Source of the DNA: an uncultured Bdellovibrionales bacterium
GTDB lineage: Bacteria > Patescibacteriota > Minisyncoccia > Moranbacterales > UBA1568
Assembly: GCA_964550545.1 (NCBI GenBank)
Contig: CAZJZN010000001.1
Span: 1-37,462, forward strand
DNA: 37,462 nt
Direction: 5' to 3'
The translations under genes and the position numbers were made by a program. Under the pieces are notes generated by a model. That model searched no databases, was not told the origin of the DNA, and worked only from the letters and a program-made list of their open reading frames with translations. Below are positions 1-7,927 of this stretch, one piece after another. Position 1 is the first letter of the stretch, and the number at the start of each line of letters is the position of its first letter.

Positions 1-164
1 AAACGCGTAAGAAAAATTTATTTTTGTAATCTTGGAATATATTGAATCTTAGGTTTTGTTTTGTAGAAGCCATACTTCTCCATATTTGTAACCCGACAGA
101 TTTCCCTGTAAAAACAAGGTAAAATCGTATTGCACCAGCGAGATCTCATAAAACTCATCCAATT

Positions 165-180
165 TGTTTCACGTGGAACA
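165..180. promoter_or_regulatory. parS: parS site, exact consensus
   Basis: tgtttcacgtggaaca is the reverse complement of TGTTCCACGTGAAACA; 0 mismatches. Confidence 0.85.
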
Positions 181-344
181 TTTAAAATTAGAACATACTC
201 ATCATAAAAAATTTTACATGAAACTCGCACAAAACATCAAAAAATAATCTAACTGTTCGACTTACGCACACGAGCAGTATTAACCAAGGAAAACCCTCTA
301 TACATCCAGCAAAAACACAATTCCCCCTGCGCATTCACAAAACT

Positions 345-360
345 TGTTCCGTATGGAACA
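345..360. promoter_or_regulatory. Degenerate parS-like palindrome
   Basis: tgttccgtatggaaca keeps the outer arms TGTTCC/GGAACA, but the central CACGTG is replaced by CGTATG. Confidence 0.4.
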
Positions 361-385
361 AACAAAAATCACCCCATTGAAAAAT

Positions 386-401
386 ATTTCCACGTGGAAC
401 A
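386..401. promoter_or_regulatory. parS: parS-like site
   Basis: atttccacgtggaaca has an intact 14-bp core TTCCACGTGGAACA; the two outer 5' bases differ from consensus. Confidence 0.6.
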
Positions 402-547
402 AATACCCCTTAATACAGTGTTAAAAAACAGAAAATTTCTTTTTTTTCTAAAAAAAAGATCCGACCACAAAAAAGACACTCTCTCTCCATTTAAAAAATA
501 TCGGGAAGTAACGATTTTTTAATTAAGATTATGCAACGTAAGAGGGT

Positions 548-675
548 GTCTTAAAAGACTGTTTTTCTGGAGAAAATTGTTTTTTTGCTTGTCTTCCACT
601 GCGTTCGAAAGCCGCAAAAAAACAATTTTCCCCAGAAAAACGTTCAAATTTTCAGTTTTGTGAAGCTTTTAAGAC
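548..675. repeat. Long A/T-rich imperfect inverted repeat (nested hairpin)
   Basis: The 22-nt arm ctggagaaaattgtttttttgc (567-588) pairs with gcaaaaaaacaattttccccag (614-635) with 1 mismatch and a 25-nt loop. The outer arm gtcttaaaag (548-557) pairs with cttttaagac (666-675). Confidence 0.6.
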
Positions 676-796
676 AGTCTCTAAGAAGCCGCTAACTAAG
701 TATAAAAACATTCTTAGGTAATTCATCCCATCTTTCCATCCTACCAAAAATAGAAATCAGGATTATTATACCTCGCCATTCTTATAAAAAATTAAG

Positions 797-812
797 CATT
801 CCACGTGAAACA
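797..812. promoter_or_regulatory. parS: parS-like site (2 mismatches)
   Basis: cattccacgtgaaaca differs from TGTTCCACGTGAAACA at positions 1-2 only. Confidence 0.65.
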
Positions 813-980
813 TTCTCTCATCAAAAAATAGTATTTTACAAAAAAATCCTTACTATGAGAGCATTCTAAAAAAAATCACCCGATCTTAAAAACAAGAACA
901 TCTTCTATCTATACAGCCCATCAAACACCTAAACAATTACTCGTAGTTGTAATAAAATAGTTCTCTCAGAAAAAAATAGA

Positions 981-996
981 TGTTCCACGTAAAACA
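981..996. promoter_or_regulatory. parS: parS site (1 mismatch)
   Basis: tgttccacgtaaaaca; position 11 is A instead of G. Confidence 0.7.
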
Positions 997-1015
997 TTTC
1001 AAAATAACATCGAAA

Positions 1016-1031
1016 CATTCCACGTGAAACA
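1016..1031. promoter_or_regulatory. parS: parS-like site (2 mismatches)
   Basis: cattccacgtgaaaca is identical to the 797 copy. Confidence 0.65.
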
Positions 1032-1048
1032 ATGCGCCAAATACTATT

Positions 1049-1064
1049 TGTTCCACATGGAATA
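1049..1064. promoter_or_regulatory. parS-like site (3 mismatches)
   Basis: tgttccacatggaata. Confidence 0.45.
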
Positions 1065-1485
1065 CATACTTATTTGCCCTAATCGTCAGATCAAAAATCA
1101 AAATAAAAAAGATTTTCTTATCAGGGGCACCTTTTTTATAAACACGGAAGAAACACCCATTAATATGGCTAAAAAATGCTTTTAAAACAACTCATTCGCA
1201 AAAAATATCTATTCACATGGATATACGATACGCAACTGATAAGGCAATACATAAGCCAGGAAAAGAAATCGGAAATTAGCCTCGACTTTCTCCTTGGCCA
1301 TGGCTAAAAGCCTATCCACTTCGAATTAGGGTGTATACCACCACCTAGTCACATAAGGACAGATTTCTCCTTGTTATATATAAAAAATATAAAAAGGGGA
1401 GAGCTCTATAGAAAAACAAAAGACTCAATGGGAATAATCAGAACCGACCACGTAAATAAAGCGTGCTTTAAATTTAGTACTCAAA

Positions 1486-1501
1486 TTTTCCACGTGAAAC
1501 A
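1486..1501. promoter_or_regulatory. parS: parS site (1 mismatch)
   Basis: ttttccacgtgaaaca; position 2 is T instead of G. Confidence 0.7.
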
Positions 1502-1529
1502 ATGATCTCCGAAAAATATCCCACAAAAC

Positions 1530-1545
1530 TGTTCCATGTGAAACA
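1530..1545. promoter_or_regulatory. parS: parS site (1 mismatch)
   Basis: tgttccatgtgaaaca; position 8 is T instead of C. Confidence 0.7.
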
Positions 1546-1718
1546 TTTATCTTTTTGAAACAGGGCGCTTTAGAGAAAAACTCACTTCTATTTACAAAAG
1601 AACACTCCAACAAACTCAAAGAGTCCACGCCTCATACTGGGAGTTGTTTTCGTAAAATGACTCTCTCCTGCACAATATTTCAACTGATACTACAAAAAAC
1701 TTCTGAATTTCCTTAAAA

Positions 1719-1734
1719 TGTTTCACGTGAAATA
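1719..1734. promoter_or_regulatory. parS: parS site (1 mismatch) inside a 32-bp extended palindrome
   Basis: tgtttcacgtgaaata. The flanks extend it to ccttaaaatgtttcacgtgaaatattttaagg (1711-1742), a palindrome apart from one G/T pair. Confidence 0.7.
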
Positions 1735-2003
1735 TTTTAAGGACATTATACAAAAACAGTGTTACGCGAAAAGAATATTTATGAGACGATAAAAAAAGTA
1801 TATTTTTATAGAAATCGTGGTCAGTGATCCAATTGTAACCATCTACTACAGCTAGAAACAGGCACCTTTAAAGAAAAGATCTTCAAAACAGAGGACAATT
1901 AAAATCCACATAGACACCTTTAAACGTACTTTTTTTCCAGAAAAGACTCCAAAAAAAGATGTCTCTTGTGGAACACCTTCTTCAAAAAAATATACCCTCG
2001 ATA

Positions 2004-2019
2004 TGTTCCACGGGAAACA
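2004..2019. promoter_or_regulatory. parS: parS site (1 mismatch)
   Basis: tgttccacgggaaaca; position 10 is G instead of T. Confidence 0.7.
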
Positions 2020-2064
2020 CTTTACCTACTATACACAAGGATGCTGTCATAAAAAATCTAAAAC

Positions 2065-2080
2065 TGTTTCACGAGAAACT
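2065..2080. promoter_or_regulatory. parS-like site (2 mismatches)
   Basis: tgtttcacgagaaact. Confidence 0.5.
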
Positions 2081-2214
2081 TACAGGGATACTCAGGGTGG
2101 ATCAGAACAGAAACTACGGCTACTTTTAGAATGCAGACTCCGCACATAAAAACCTTTCATTCAAAAACGCTATAAATAGAACAAACCACTTTTGATGCGG
2201 CGAAGTGAGATAAT

Positions 2215-2230
2215 CGTTCCACGAGAAACA
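2215..2230. promoter_or_regulatory. parS-like site (2 mismatches)
   Basis: cgttccacgagaaaca. Confidence 0.5.
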
Positions 2231-2317
2231 AAAAAATGAAATCCTTCCGGAAACATTGTCGAAAATATTCCTTGTTATTTTTTGAGATACTATAGTAAAA
2301 AAACACTACTTCTCATA

Positions 2318-2333
2318 TGTTTCACGTGAAACA
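2318..2333. promoter_or_regulatory. parS: parS site, perfect palindrome
   Basis: tgtttcacgtgaaaca has 0 mismatches. It sits in a perfect 20-bp palindrome tatgtttcacgtgaaacata (2316-2335). Confidence 0.85.
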
Positions 2334-2509
2334 TACTCACTCATAGGAATCTCCTGCCCCTTTCAATACAGATTGTATTCAAAAACAGTCACTGAAAATA
2401 TCCTCACACCATTTCAACAAGTCATCAAGTCAAAAGCAATGCTTCCTACAAAAATAGTATGTCCGTCCACTGCACCCCTATTCACTTTTTCCGCCGAAAA
2501 AAATATGCT

Positions 2510-2537
2510 TTGACGAAAGCGGGAGGTGTGCTACGAT
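2510..2537 (+). promoter_or_regulatory. Candidate sigma70-type promoter for the tRNA-Ala/tRNA-Arg pair
   Basis: ttgacg (2510-2515), 16-nt spacer, tacgat (2532-2537), about 55 nt upstream of tRNA-Ala. Confidence 0.35.
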
Positions 2538-2593
2538 AGCCAACGAATCCGGGTCTTCTTTTGTTGAAAACTTGTGGACATCTTTCATAAAAG

Positions 2594-2666
2594 GGGCCGT
2601 TAGCTCATTTGGTAGAGCACTTCCATGGCATGGAAGGGGTGAGGAGTTCGAATCTCCTACGGTCCA
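2594..2666 (+). tRNA. tRNA-Ala (anticodon GGC)
   Basis: A 73-nt cloverleaf was folded by hand. The acceptor gggccgt/acggtcc has the G3:U70 Ala identity pair. The anticodon loop is atGGCat and the T-arm is aggag-ttcgaat-ctcct. Confidence 0.9.
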
Positions 2667-2683
2667 CGTATTTTCTTTCTTCT

Positions 2684-2755
2684 GCCCCCATAGTTCAACG
2701 GATAGAACGGTCCCGTCCTAAGGGAGCAATGTATGTTCGATTCATACTGGGGGCA
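2684..2755 (+). tRNA. tRNA-Arg (anticodon CCT)
   Basis: 72-nt cloverleaf with acceptor gccccca/tgggggc, anticodon loop gtCCTaa and T-arm gtatg-ttcgatt-catac. Confidence 0.85.
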
Positions 2756-3057
2756 CCCGCAAAAACCCTCTCGAAACCTTTGCTCACTATACCCATAGTA
2801 AGCAAAGGCGGTGTTGATGACCCTTTCGCCCTTGAACGCTCCCGAAAAATCTGGTAGGATATCCTTTCGTTCCTGCATTCGGGATATATTTGTAAGAGTT
2901 TATTTTAAAAGCCTTACAAAACTGAAAACTTGAACATTTTCTGAGGAAATTGTTTTTTGTAACTTTCCTATTTGCCAGTAGGCAGACGAACGAAGAGAGT
3001 GACCCTTTCTCCAAAAAAACAGCCTTTTAAGGCACGTTAGCCAAAACTTTCTATACT

Positions 3058-3420
3058 ATGACCATTCTTCGCACCGAAAAAGTCAGTGAGCGCATCCGAG
3101 AAGTACTTGGTAAACTTTTTGTTTCCGAAACACACCTCAAAGCAAGCGTCCTTGCCACCATCACAAGAGTACACGTCACGACTAATTTAAAAAGTGCGCG
3201 CGTTTTTGTAAGCGTTTTCCCCGAAAGTGAGACGGAATATTGTATGAAATCTCTCTCTTCAGAACTCTACAAACTCCAAAAAACTCTTCATACGCAACTT
3301 CGAATGCGCCCCGTTCCGCGAATCATTCTCGAGCGAGATTCAAGCGAATCCTCGGCTCAGAAAATTGAGGATGCTCTCGCAATCCTCAAACAAGAACGTT
3401 CATCCGGGAAATCACTATGA
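3058..3420 (+). CDS. rbfA: Ribosome-binding factor A
   Basis: 120-aa ORF whose size and N-terminal RTEKVSERIREVLGKLF pattern are typical of RbfA. Its end overlaps the next gene by ATGA. Confidence 0.8.
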   Translation: MTILRTEKVSERIREVLGKLFVSETHLKASVLATITRVHVTTNLKSARVFVSVFPESETEYCMKSLSSELYKLQKTLHTQLRMRPVPRIILERDSSESSAQKIEDALAILKQERSSGKSL

Positions 3421-4376
3421 AATCCTTCGTCTCGGAGTTTCGAACCCTTTCCTATATCATCGAGAAGTCCCCCTCCTTCTTGTTATGCGCGCATACAAGG
3501 CCGGACGTAGACACTCTCGGCGCGACACTGGCACTTTCTTGGTTCCTGAAACAAAAGGGGAAATCTGTTTCGATAGTGTGCTTCGATCCATTTCCTCCAC
3601 ATCTCACAGACATTCTCCCGGGAACATTCCTTCACCCGGACCAAGTGGACATAGCATCTTTCGGCACCGTTATTGCCTGTGACTCGGTTGACCGAGGATT
3701 TGATCGTCTGCTCCCAAAAATTCATTCAAGACAAGTCACCGTCACCATTGATCACCACCCGGATATCGCCGTTACAAGCGATCTTGAAATTATCGACACA
3801 GAAGCATCGTCAACCTGCGAAATTCTCTTTGCTTACTTCGAAAAAACAGGGACTTTTATCGGAAAAGAGATGGCGACCGCACTTCTCGCGGGCATCATTT
3901 TTGATACTGGGAATCTCCAGCATGCCTGTACAACGCCACATGTTATGGACATCGCAAGTACCCTTATGAAAAAAGGTGCTCCTCTTCGAAAAATCGTAGA
4001 CACTGTTTTTATCAATAAGAAAGTTTCAGCGCTTCGTCTCTGGGGAAGGGCATTCGAGCAATCCATACTCAACGAAAAAACAGGGATGCTTGCAACAGCT
4101 ATCACGCAGGAAGATATTGCCGAGTGTCAGGCATCGCCAGAAGACGCCTACCAGGTTGCCTCCGTACTCAGTACGGTTCCGGAAGCGAAGTTTGCCTTAG
4201 TACTTTTGGAACGTGACGAAAAAACTGTTCGCGCCAGTCTTCGTTCAATGGAACGACACAATGTTGATGTTTCCGCAATTGCCCACCGTTTTGGCGGTGG
4301 CGGCCATCGACTTGCGAGCGGATTTGAAATCCCAGGAAAAATAACCCGAACAGTCGAGGGGTGGACCGTGATATAA
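3417..4376 (+). CDS. DHH/DHHA1 phosphoesterase (NrnA-like oligoribonuclease/pAp phosphatase)
   Basis: Contains the DHH motif IDHHPD, an N-terminal HTRPDVDTLG motif, and the DHHA1 motif GGGGHRLASG near the C-terminus. Confidence 0.85.
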   Translation: MKSFVSEFRTLSYIIEKSPSFLLCAHTRPDVDTLGATLALSWFLKQKGKSVSIVCFDPFPPHLTDILPGTFLHPDQVDIASFGTVIACDSVDRGFDRLLPKIHSRQVTVTIDHHPDIAVTSDLEIIDTEASSTCEILFAYFEKTGTFIGKEMATALLAGIIFDTGNLQHACTTPHVMDIASTLMKKGAPLRKIVDTVFINKKVSALRLWGRAFEQSILNEKTGMLATAITQEDIAECQASPEDAYQVASVLSTVPEAKFALVLLERDEKTVRASLRSMERHNVDVSAIAHRFGGGGHRLASGFEIPGKITRTVEGWTVI

Positions 4377-4442
4377 TCCACAGTATCCTCGATAGGTAAG
4401 CCAAAATTTCAAGTTCTCCACAGGATATACACCGAAAATTCT

Positions 4443-5045
4443 ATGTCAAACGAGGAAAAAAATCGACTGCTCGACACTCTCAATAGGGAAATGGCGGATG
4501 CCTGTACCTGTGAACTCAAAAAAACCGCGACTCACGCCGTCCCGGGAATCGGCAGCGCAGACGCTCGACTTCTTTTTATTGGCGAAGCTCCGGGGAAAAA
4601 AGAAGATGAAACCGGTGAACCCTTTGTTGGAGCGGCGGGAAAATTCTTAAATGAAATGCTTGCTTCAATTAGTCTCAACCGAAGTGATATTTATATCACC
4701 AATGTCGTAAAGTATCGTCCACCCAATAACCGCGATCCGCTTCCTGAGGAAGTTGCTGCGTGCTGGCCATGGCTCAGAGCGCAAGTTGAACTCATCAATC
4801 CGGAAATAATCATTCTCCTTGGACGCCATGCACTTGAACGATTTGTCCCCGGAAAACGGATTTCCATCGAACATGGTCAAGCATTTCGTCGCACCGTACC
4901 CGATCTTGGAACCTATGTTTTCTTCGCGCTCTATCACCCTGCCGCCGCCCTCTACAATGGCAGTATGCGAGAAACCCTCCTACAAGACTTTCAGAAAATC
5001 CCGAAGGTACTGGCGCTTTTGGAAAAAGAAAAACATGGCGCATAG
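4443..5045 (+). CDS. Uracil-DNA glycosylase, family 4
   Basis: Contains motif A GEAPGKKEDETGEPFVGAAG, then ITNVVKYRPPNNRDP, and motif B YHPAA. An N-terminal CTC cysteine cluster fits the Fe-S family-4 type. Confidence 0.85.
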   Translation: MSNEEKNRLLDTLNREMADACTCELKKTATHAVPGIGSADARLLFIGEAPGKKEDETGEPFVGAAGKFLNEMLASISLNRSDIYITNVVKYRPPNNRDPLPEEVAACWPWLRAQVELINPEIIILLGRHALERFVPGKRISIEHGQAFRRTVPDLGTYVFFALYHPAAALYNGSMRETLLQDFQKIPKVLALLEKEKHGA

Positions 5046-5057
5046 CCTTGTTTCTTG

Positions 5058-5141
5058 TGGGCAAGGAGGGACTCGAACCCTCACGTCCCGAAGGACAATG
5101 AATTTTAAGTCCATTGCGTCTACCAGTTCCGCCACTCGCCC
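5058..5141 (-). tRNA. tRNA-Leu (anticodon TAA), type II
   Basis: The reverse complement folds with acceptor gggcgag/cttgccc, anticodon loop ctTAAaa, long variable arm tgtccttcgggacg and T-arm gaggg-ttcgagt-ccctc. Confidence 0.9.
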
Positions 5142-5271
5142 CACTTTCACAGTTATCAGCGTTCAGTCTTCAGAAGGGAAAGATTGCTCCTGAAAACCAA
5201 AAGCTGATCACTGACAATTGAAACAAAAATATCACCACTGACAAAAACTGATTTGATAAAAGCTGGAATAT

Positions 5272-5342
5272 GAGGCCGGAAGGAGAATTGAACTCCTGTA
5301 GAAGGTTTTGCAGACCTCTCCCTAACCACTCGGGCATCCGGC
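5272..5342 (-). tRNA. tRNA-Cys (anticodon GCA)
   Basis: The reverse complement folds with acceptor ggccgga/tccggcc, anticodon loop ctGCAaa and T-arm aggag-ttcaatt-ctcct. The discriminator is U, the Cys identity base. Confidence 0.85.
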
Positions 5343-5445
5343 CGTATCCGAAGACTACCAAATGCACAAGGAGGCGTCAACGAAAACCGAAAGAAAATCC
5401 CGCAAAGAAAATCAAAAACGCTCCCCTGGGAGCGTTTTTGAGTCT

Positions 5446-5982
5446 TTATTTCATCACTTGAGCCGAAAGGTTTCGTCGACCAAAGGCAAATGCCTCTTTT
5501 TTGGTTTCCACATAAATATCAAAGTGATTGCCCTTGATAGCGCCACCACGGTCTTCACACGTATACACTCCGTATCCATCAATAGCGATTTTGACACCAA
5601 AAGGATACTGCGGGGGACACGCGAGCGTTCGGTTTTCCCGAACCTTCAAACCGGAAGCGGTAATTCCATCGGACTTCCCGCATTCATCTGCCGCCGCCGT
5701 ATAGGCCGAAGCATTGATGACGAAGGTCTCTTCCGGAAGACTTTTCCAAAGATGTGCTTGTTTCTCCCTCCACATCGACAAGCGAGCTTCCTCAACATGA
5801 CGATCGGAAATGGTACTTGCAGATGCTTCAGTCTTATCTTCAAGGATAGCGCCCCATGTCAAAGAGCTTTCCGTGCTGTTTGTATTTTGACTTGTTTTGG
5901 TATTGGTATCGTCTGCCGCATACGTTTTCTCCGCCGAAACAAAGAAAATCGCAAGAAGGACAACCGTACCAAGATACCGCAT
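5446..5982 (-). CDS. Secreted 3D-domain (MltA/RlpA-type double-psi beta-barrel) protein
   Basis: The signal peptide is MRYLGTVVLLAIFFVSAEKTYA. The C-terminal PFGVKIAIDGYGVYTCEDRGGAIKGNHFDIYV matches the 3D-domain pattern. Confidence 0.75.
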   Translation of the reverse strand: MRYLGTVVLLAIFFVSAEKTYAADDTNTKTSQNTNSTESSLTWGAILEDKTEASASTISDRHVEEARLSMWREKQAHLWKSLPEETFVINASAYTAAADECGKSDGITASGLKVRENRTLACPPQYPFGVKIAIDGYGVYTCEDRGGAIKGNHFDIYVETKKEAFAFGRRNLSAQVMK

Positions 5983-6202
5983 AGAGTCTCTCTTACTGGT
6001 TAACCCGGATAGGCTATTTGAATGAACTTTTGGCTTCTATACGCCACATATCCGGTGAAGACCCTTTTCAGAGTCAACGGTAGATACTAGCATAAAATAT
6101 TACATATGTCAATGATTAAGGACAGATTTTTATTCAAAAAAACCCTATGGAAATGAGCTTTTTTAAAGAAGAGCCTCCTGAAAAATTCCGTATTTTCAAA
6201 AA

Positions 6203-6233
6203 ATAAAAACAAAAAAATCGCCGAAACGGCGAT
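6203..6233 (-). terminator. Rho-independent terminator after the response-regulator gene
   Basis: Hairpin atcgccg-aaa-cggcgat (6217-6233). On the minus strand it is followed by a T-run (the A-run at 6203-6216). Confidence 0.6.
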
Positions 6234-6267
6234 AGAAAAATTTCGCACCTCTGTAAACACCCGCACG

Positions 6268-6681
6268 CTACCGCGTAAACACCTCCCGAATAGCCCCGGC
6301 AACCTTTCGCGGATTTACCAAAGATTTTACGAAGAAAAACGCGACACTGAAACCTCCCGCCTTTCGAAACGCCTCTTCATTGTCAGTGTTACTAAGGATA
6401 ATAACCGGGATACGCGAAATATCCTTGTCAGCACTGAGTGCATTCAAAACATCGAATCCGTCCTGAACGGGCATTTGAAGATCAAGGAGAATAATATCCG
6501 GCCGCTCCGATCGAATACACAGAAGACCTGCCTTCCCATCAACGGCGGAGACAACATCGAAACCTTCGGCGGTAAGCCCGATGGTATAAATTTCCCGAAT
6601 ACTCTCCTCATCATCAATCAAACACACCTTCCGTCGCTCCACAGAAATTTCCGGTGCCGGGTCTTTCATAGGAATAGGCAA
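6268..6681 (-). CDS. Stand-alone response-regulator receiver domain (CheY-like)
   Basis: 137 aa with the acidic pair in CLIDDEE, the phospho-acceptor context DIILLDLQMP, then IPVIILSNT and a conserved Lys (FFVKS). It has no output domain. Confidence 0.8.
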   Translation of the reverse strand: MPIPMKDPAPEISVERRKVCLIDDEESIREIYTIGLTAEGFDVVSAVDGKAGLLCIRSERPDIILLDLQMPVQDGFDVLNALSADKDISRIPVIILSNTDNEEAFRKAGGFSVAFFFVKSLVNPRKVAGAIREVFTR

Positions 6682-6732
6682 GAGAGGTTATTGTTTCGAT
6701 TGTTTCTATTCTACCACATTTGAAGTTTACAC

Positions 6733-6764
6733 AAAAAAAACAGCCCCATAAAAAGGCTGTTTTT
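6733..6764. terminator. Bidirectional terminator hairpin
   Basis: acagcc-ccataaaaa-ggctgt (6740-6760) is flanked by an A-run on the 5' side and a T-run on the 3' side. It lies downstream of the minus-strand nuclease-like gene. Confidence 0.6.
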
Positions 6765-6819
6765 CCAGTGAGCTGGCCAGTACAAACGGTTAGAACTTTC
6801 TATTTCAAAAACATGTAGT

Positions 6820-7680
6820 TTATATTCTACCAAAACCAAGCGCATGAAAGCTTGATATTTTTTTCCTAGAAAAGCTTCCTCGTACTAAAGCTAACAAATC
6901 AAACGCAAACATTGCAAAGTCTATGTCAGACCAAGTTATCATTGCCGAGTAAAATTTACCCTCAACTTCGATAGAATCACTACTGGCTGCCCCGTCAGAT
7001 ATCATCGACAGTTGCTCCATTCCGGAGATTTTGTCCCCAACCAGCAGACGTATCTGGGCCGTATCATTCTTGTTCCTACCTTCAGCCGAGAGAATTATTC
7101 CACCATAAAATCTTTGACGAACTGCGAACTTCTTCAGTAAGGCAGCCGTAAACTCTTCCGTCTTTTTAATTTCAAAGAATACAATGGCTGAGAAAAAGCT
7201 TGCTGGAAGAAACTTTTTGTACATTTCACCTGGATCATCCACTCCTTTGAGGAGAGGTTTCAACTCATCAAGCTTTTCAAAAGCCTTGTCGACACTCTTT
7301 TTGTTAAAAGTACTCTTTACCTCAAGCACTCCACGGACGTAATCAACTGGGATTGCTCGCGATTGTCCTTGATCACTCTTATCTAAGTTTTTTTCAGTCC
7401 AAAGGATAGGACATTCTATTTTGTCATAAATAATTACGTCGAAATGACGCAGGGTATCATCTTCTAGATTTCCTTGTGTCAGAATAAACCCGGAGGTCAC
7501 TCCAAATCTTGCTGGAAGAAAACCTTCTAGCCAACTACGAAACGCCGCTTCAGCACAAAGACCGTGATCAACTTTTACAGCTTTGCCACTAGAAATTGCT
7601 TTGGCATATTCATATGCAGCAAGCATTGCTATTTTATTCTGAAGAAATTGTTGCCAACCCTCCTTTCTTTTATGTTCCAT
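6820..7680 (-). CDS. PD-(D/E)xK nuclease-fold protein (DUF6602-like), orphan
   Basis: Start taken at MEHKRKEGW. The motifs HGLCAEAAFRSWLEGFLPARFGVTSGFI, then FDVIIYD, then VLEVKST fit the D...(D/E)xK pattern. Family assignment is from memory only. The gene is visibly more AT-rich than its neighbours. Confidence 0.6.
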   Translation of the reverse strand: MEHKRKEGWQQFLQNKIAMLAAYEYAKAISSGKAVKVDHGLCAEAAFRSWLEGFLPARFGVTSGFILTQGNLEDDTLRHFDVIIYDKIECPILWTEKNLDKSDQGQSRAIPVDYVRGVLEVKSTFNKKSVDKAFEKLDELKPLLKGVDDPGEMYKKFLPASFFSAIVFFEIKKTEEFTAALLKKFAVRQRFYGGIILSAEGRNKNDTAQIRLLVGDKISGMEQLSMISDGAASSDSIEVEGKFYSAMITWSDIDFAMFAFDLLALVRGSFSRKKISSFHALGFGRI

Positions 7681-7767
7681 GGTTACTTGAGTTAGTAGTA
7701 CGCGTCCATAATAACCAGAAAAGTCTATTAAAAGCAAAACCGCCCCACAGAGGGACGGCTTGGTTTT

Positions 7768-7842
7768 TGGAGCGGGTAACGGGAGTCGAACCCGTATCTT
7801 GACCTTGGCAAGGTCACATAATAGCCGCTATACGATACCCGC
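7768..7842 (-). tRNA. tRNA-Gly (anticodon GCC), CCA encoded
   Basis: The reverse complement folds with acceptor gcgggta/tacccgc, anticodon loop ttGCCaa and T-arm acggg-ttcgact-cccgt, and has a 3' tcca. The D-stem is weak (A/T with G-U). Confidence 0.85.
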
Positions 7843-7927
7843 TTACTCCACCAGCTGGCGGATTCGGCGGGCAAGCCCGCCATTTCCAATACTAACGAAA
7901 AGCTCTCTTTCCCGCAATATTTTCCCG
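7843..7927. repeat. Unassigned spacer carrying short repeats shared with 24209-24384
   Basis: ctccaccagct (7846-7856) is identical to 24209-24219. cagctggcggatt (7852-7864) is identical to 24372-24384. It also has a GC hairpin ggcggg-caag-cccgcc. No cloverleaf can be drawn. Confidence 0.4.

Larger units (their letters stand above)
165..2333. promoter_or_regulatory. parS: Array of at least 14 parS (ParB/Spo0J-binding) palindromes in an ORF-free AT-rich tract
   Basis: The 16-mer TGTT(T/C)CACGTG(A/G)AACA recurs at 165, 345, 386, 797, 981, 1016, 1049, 1486, 1530, 1719, 2004, 2065, 2215 and 2318. It matches the chromosomal parS consensus TGTTNCACGTGAAACA. Spacing is irregular (33-437 bp). No ORF over 70 aa lies in the tract. 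Confidence 0.8.

Noticed and set aside
18-230. 70-aa minus-strand ORF, and the similar 67-aa ORF at 1425-1628
   Set aside because: Both are short and low-complexity, span parS sites, and have no start context or recognisable motif. They are most likely chance ORFs in AT-rich DNA.
165-2333. Possible CRISPR array or tandem satellite, because of the many repeated 16-mers
   Set aside because: The repeats are palindromic, the spacing is highly irregular (33-437 bp), the copies are degenerate, and there is no leader or cas gene. The motif matches parS instead.
1-2593. Confident oriC call from DnaA boxes
   Set aside because: I could find only three 7/9 matches to TTATCCACA and no cluster of boxes next to an obvious unwinding element. 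The origin is kept as a hypothesis only.
7843-7927. An additional tRNA (type II or intron-containing) in the 85-nt gap between tRNA-Gly and tRNA-Met
   Set aside because: No acceptor pairing, T-arm or anticodon arm can be drawn. The only hairpin has a 4-nt loop.
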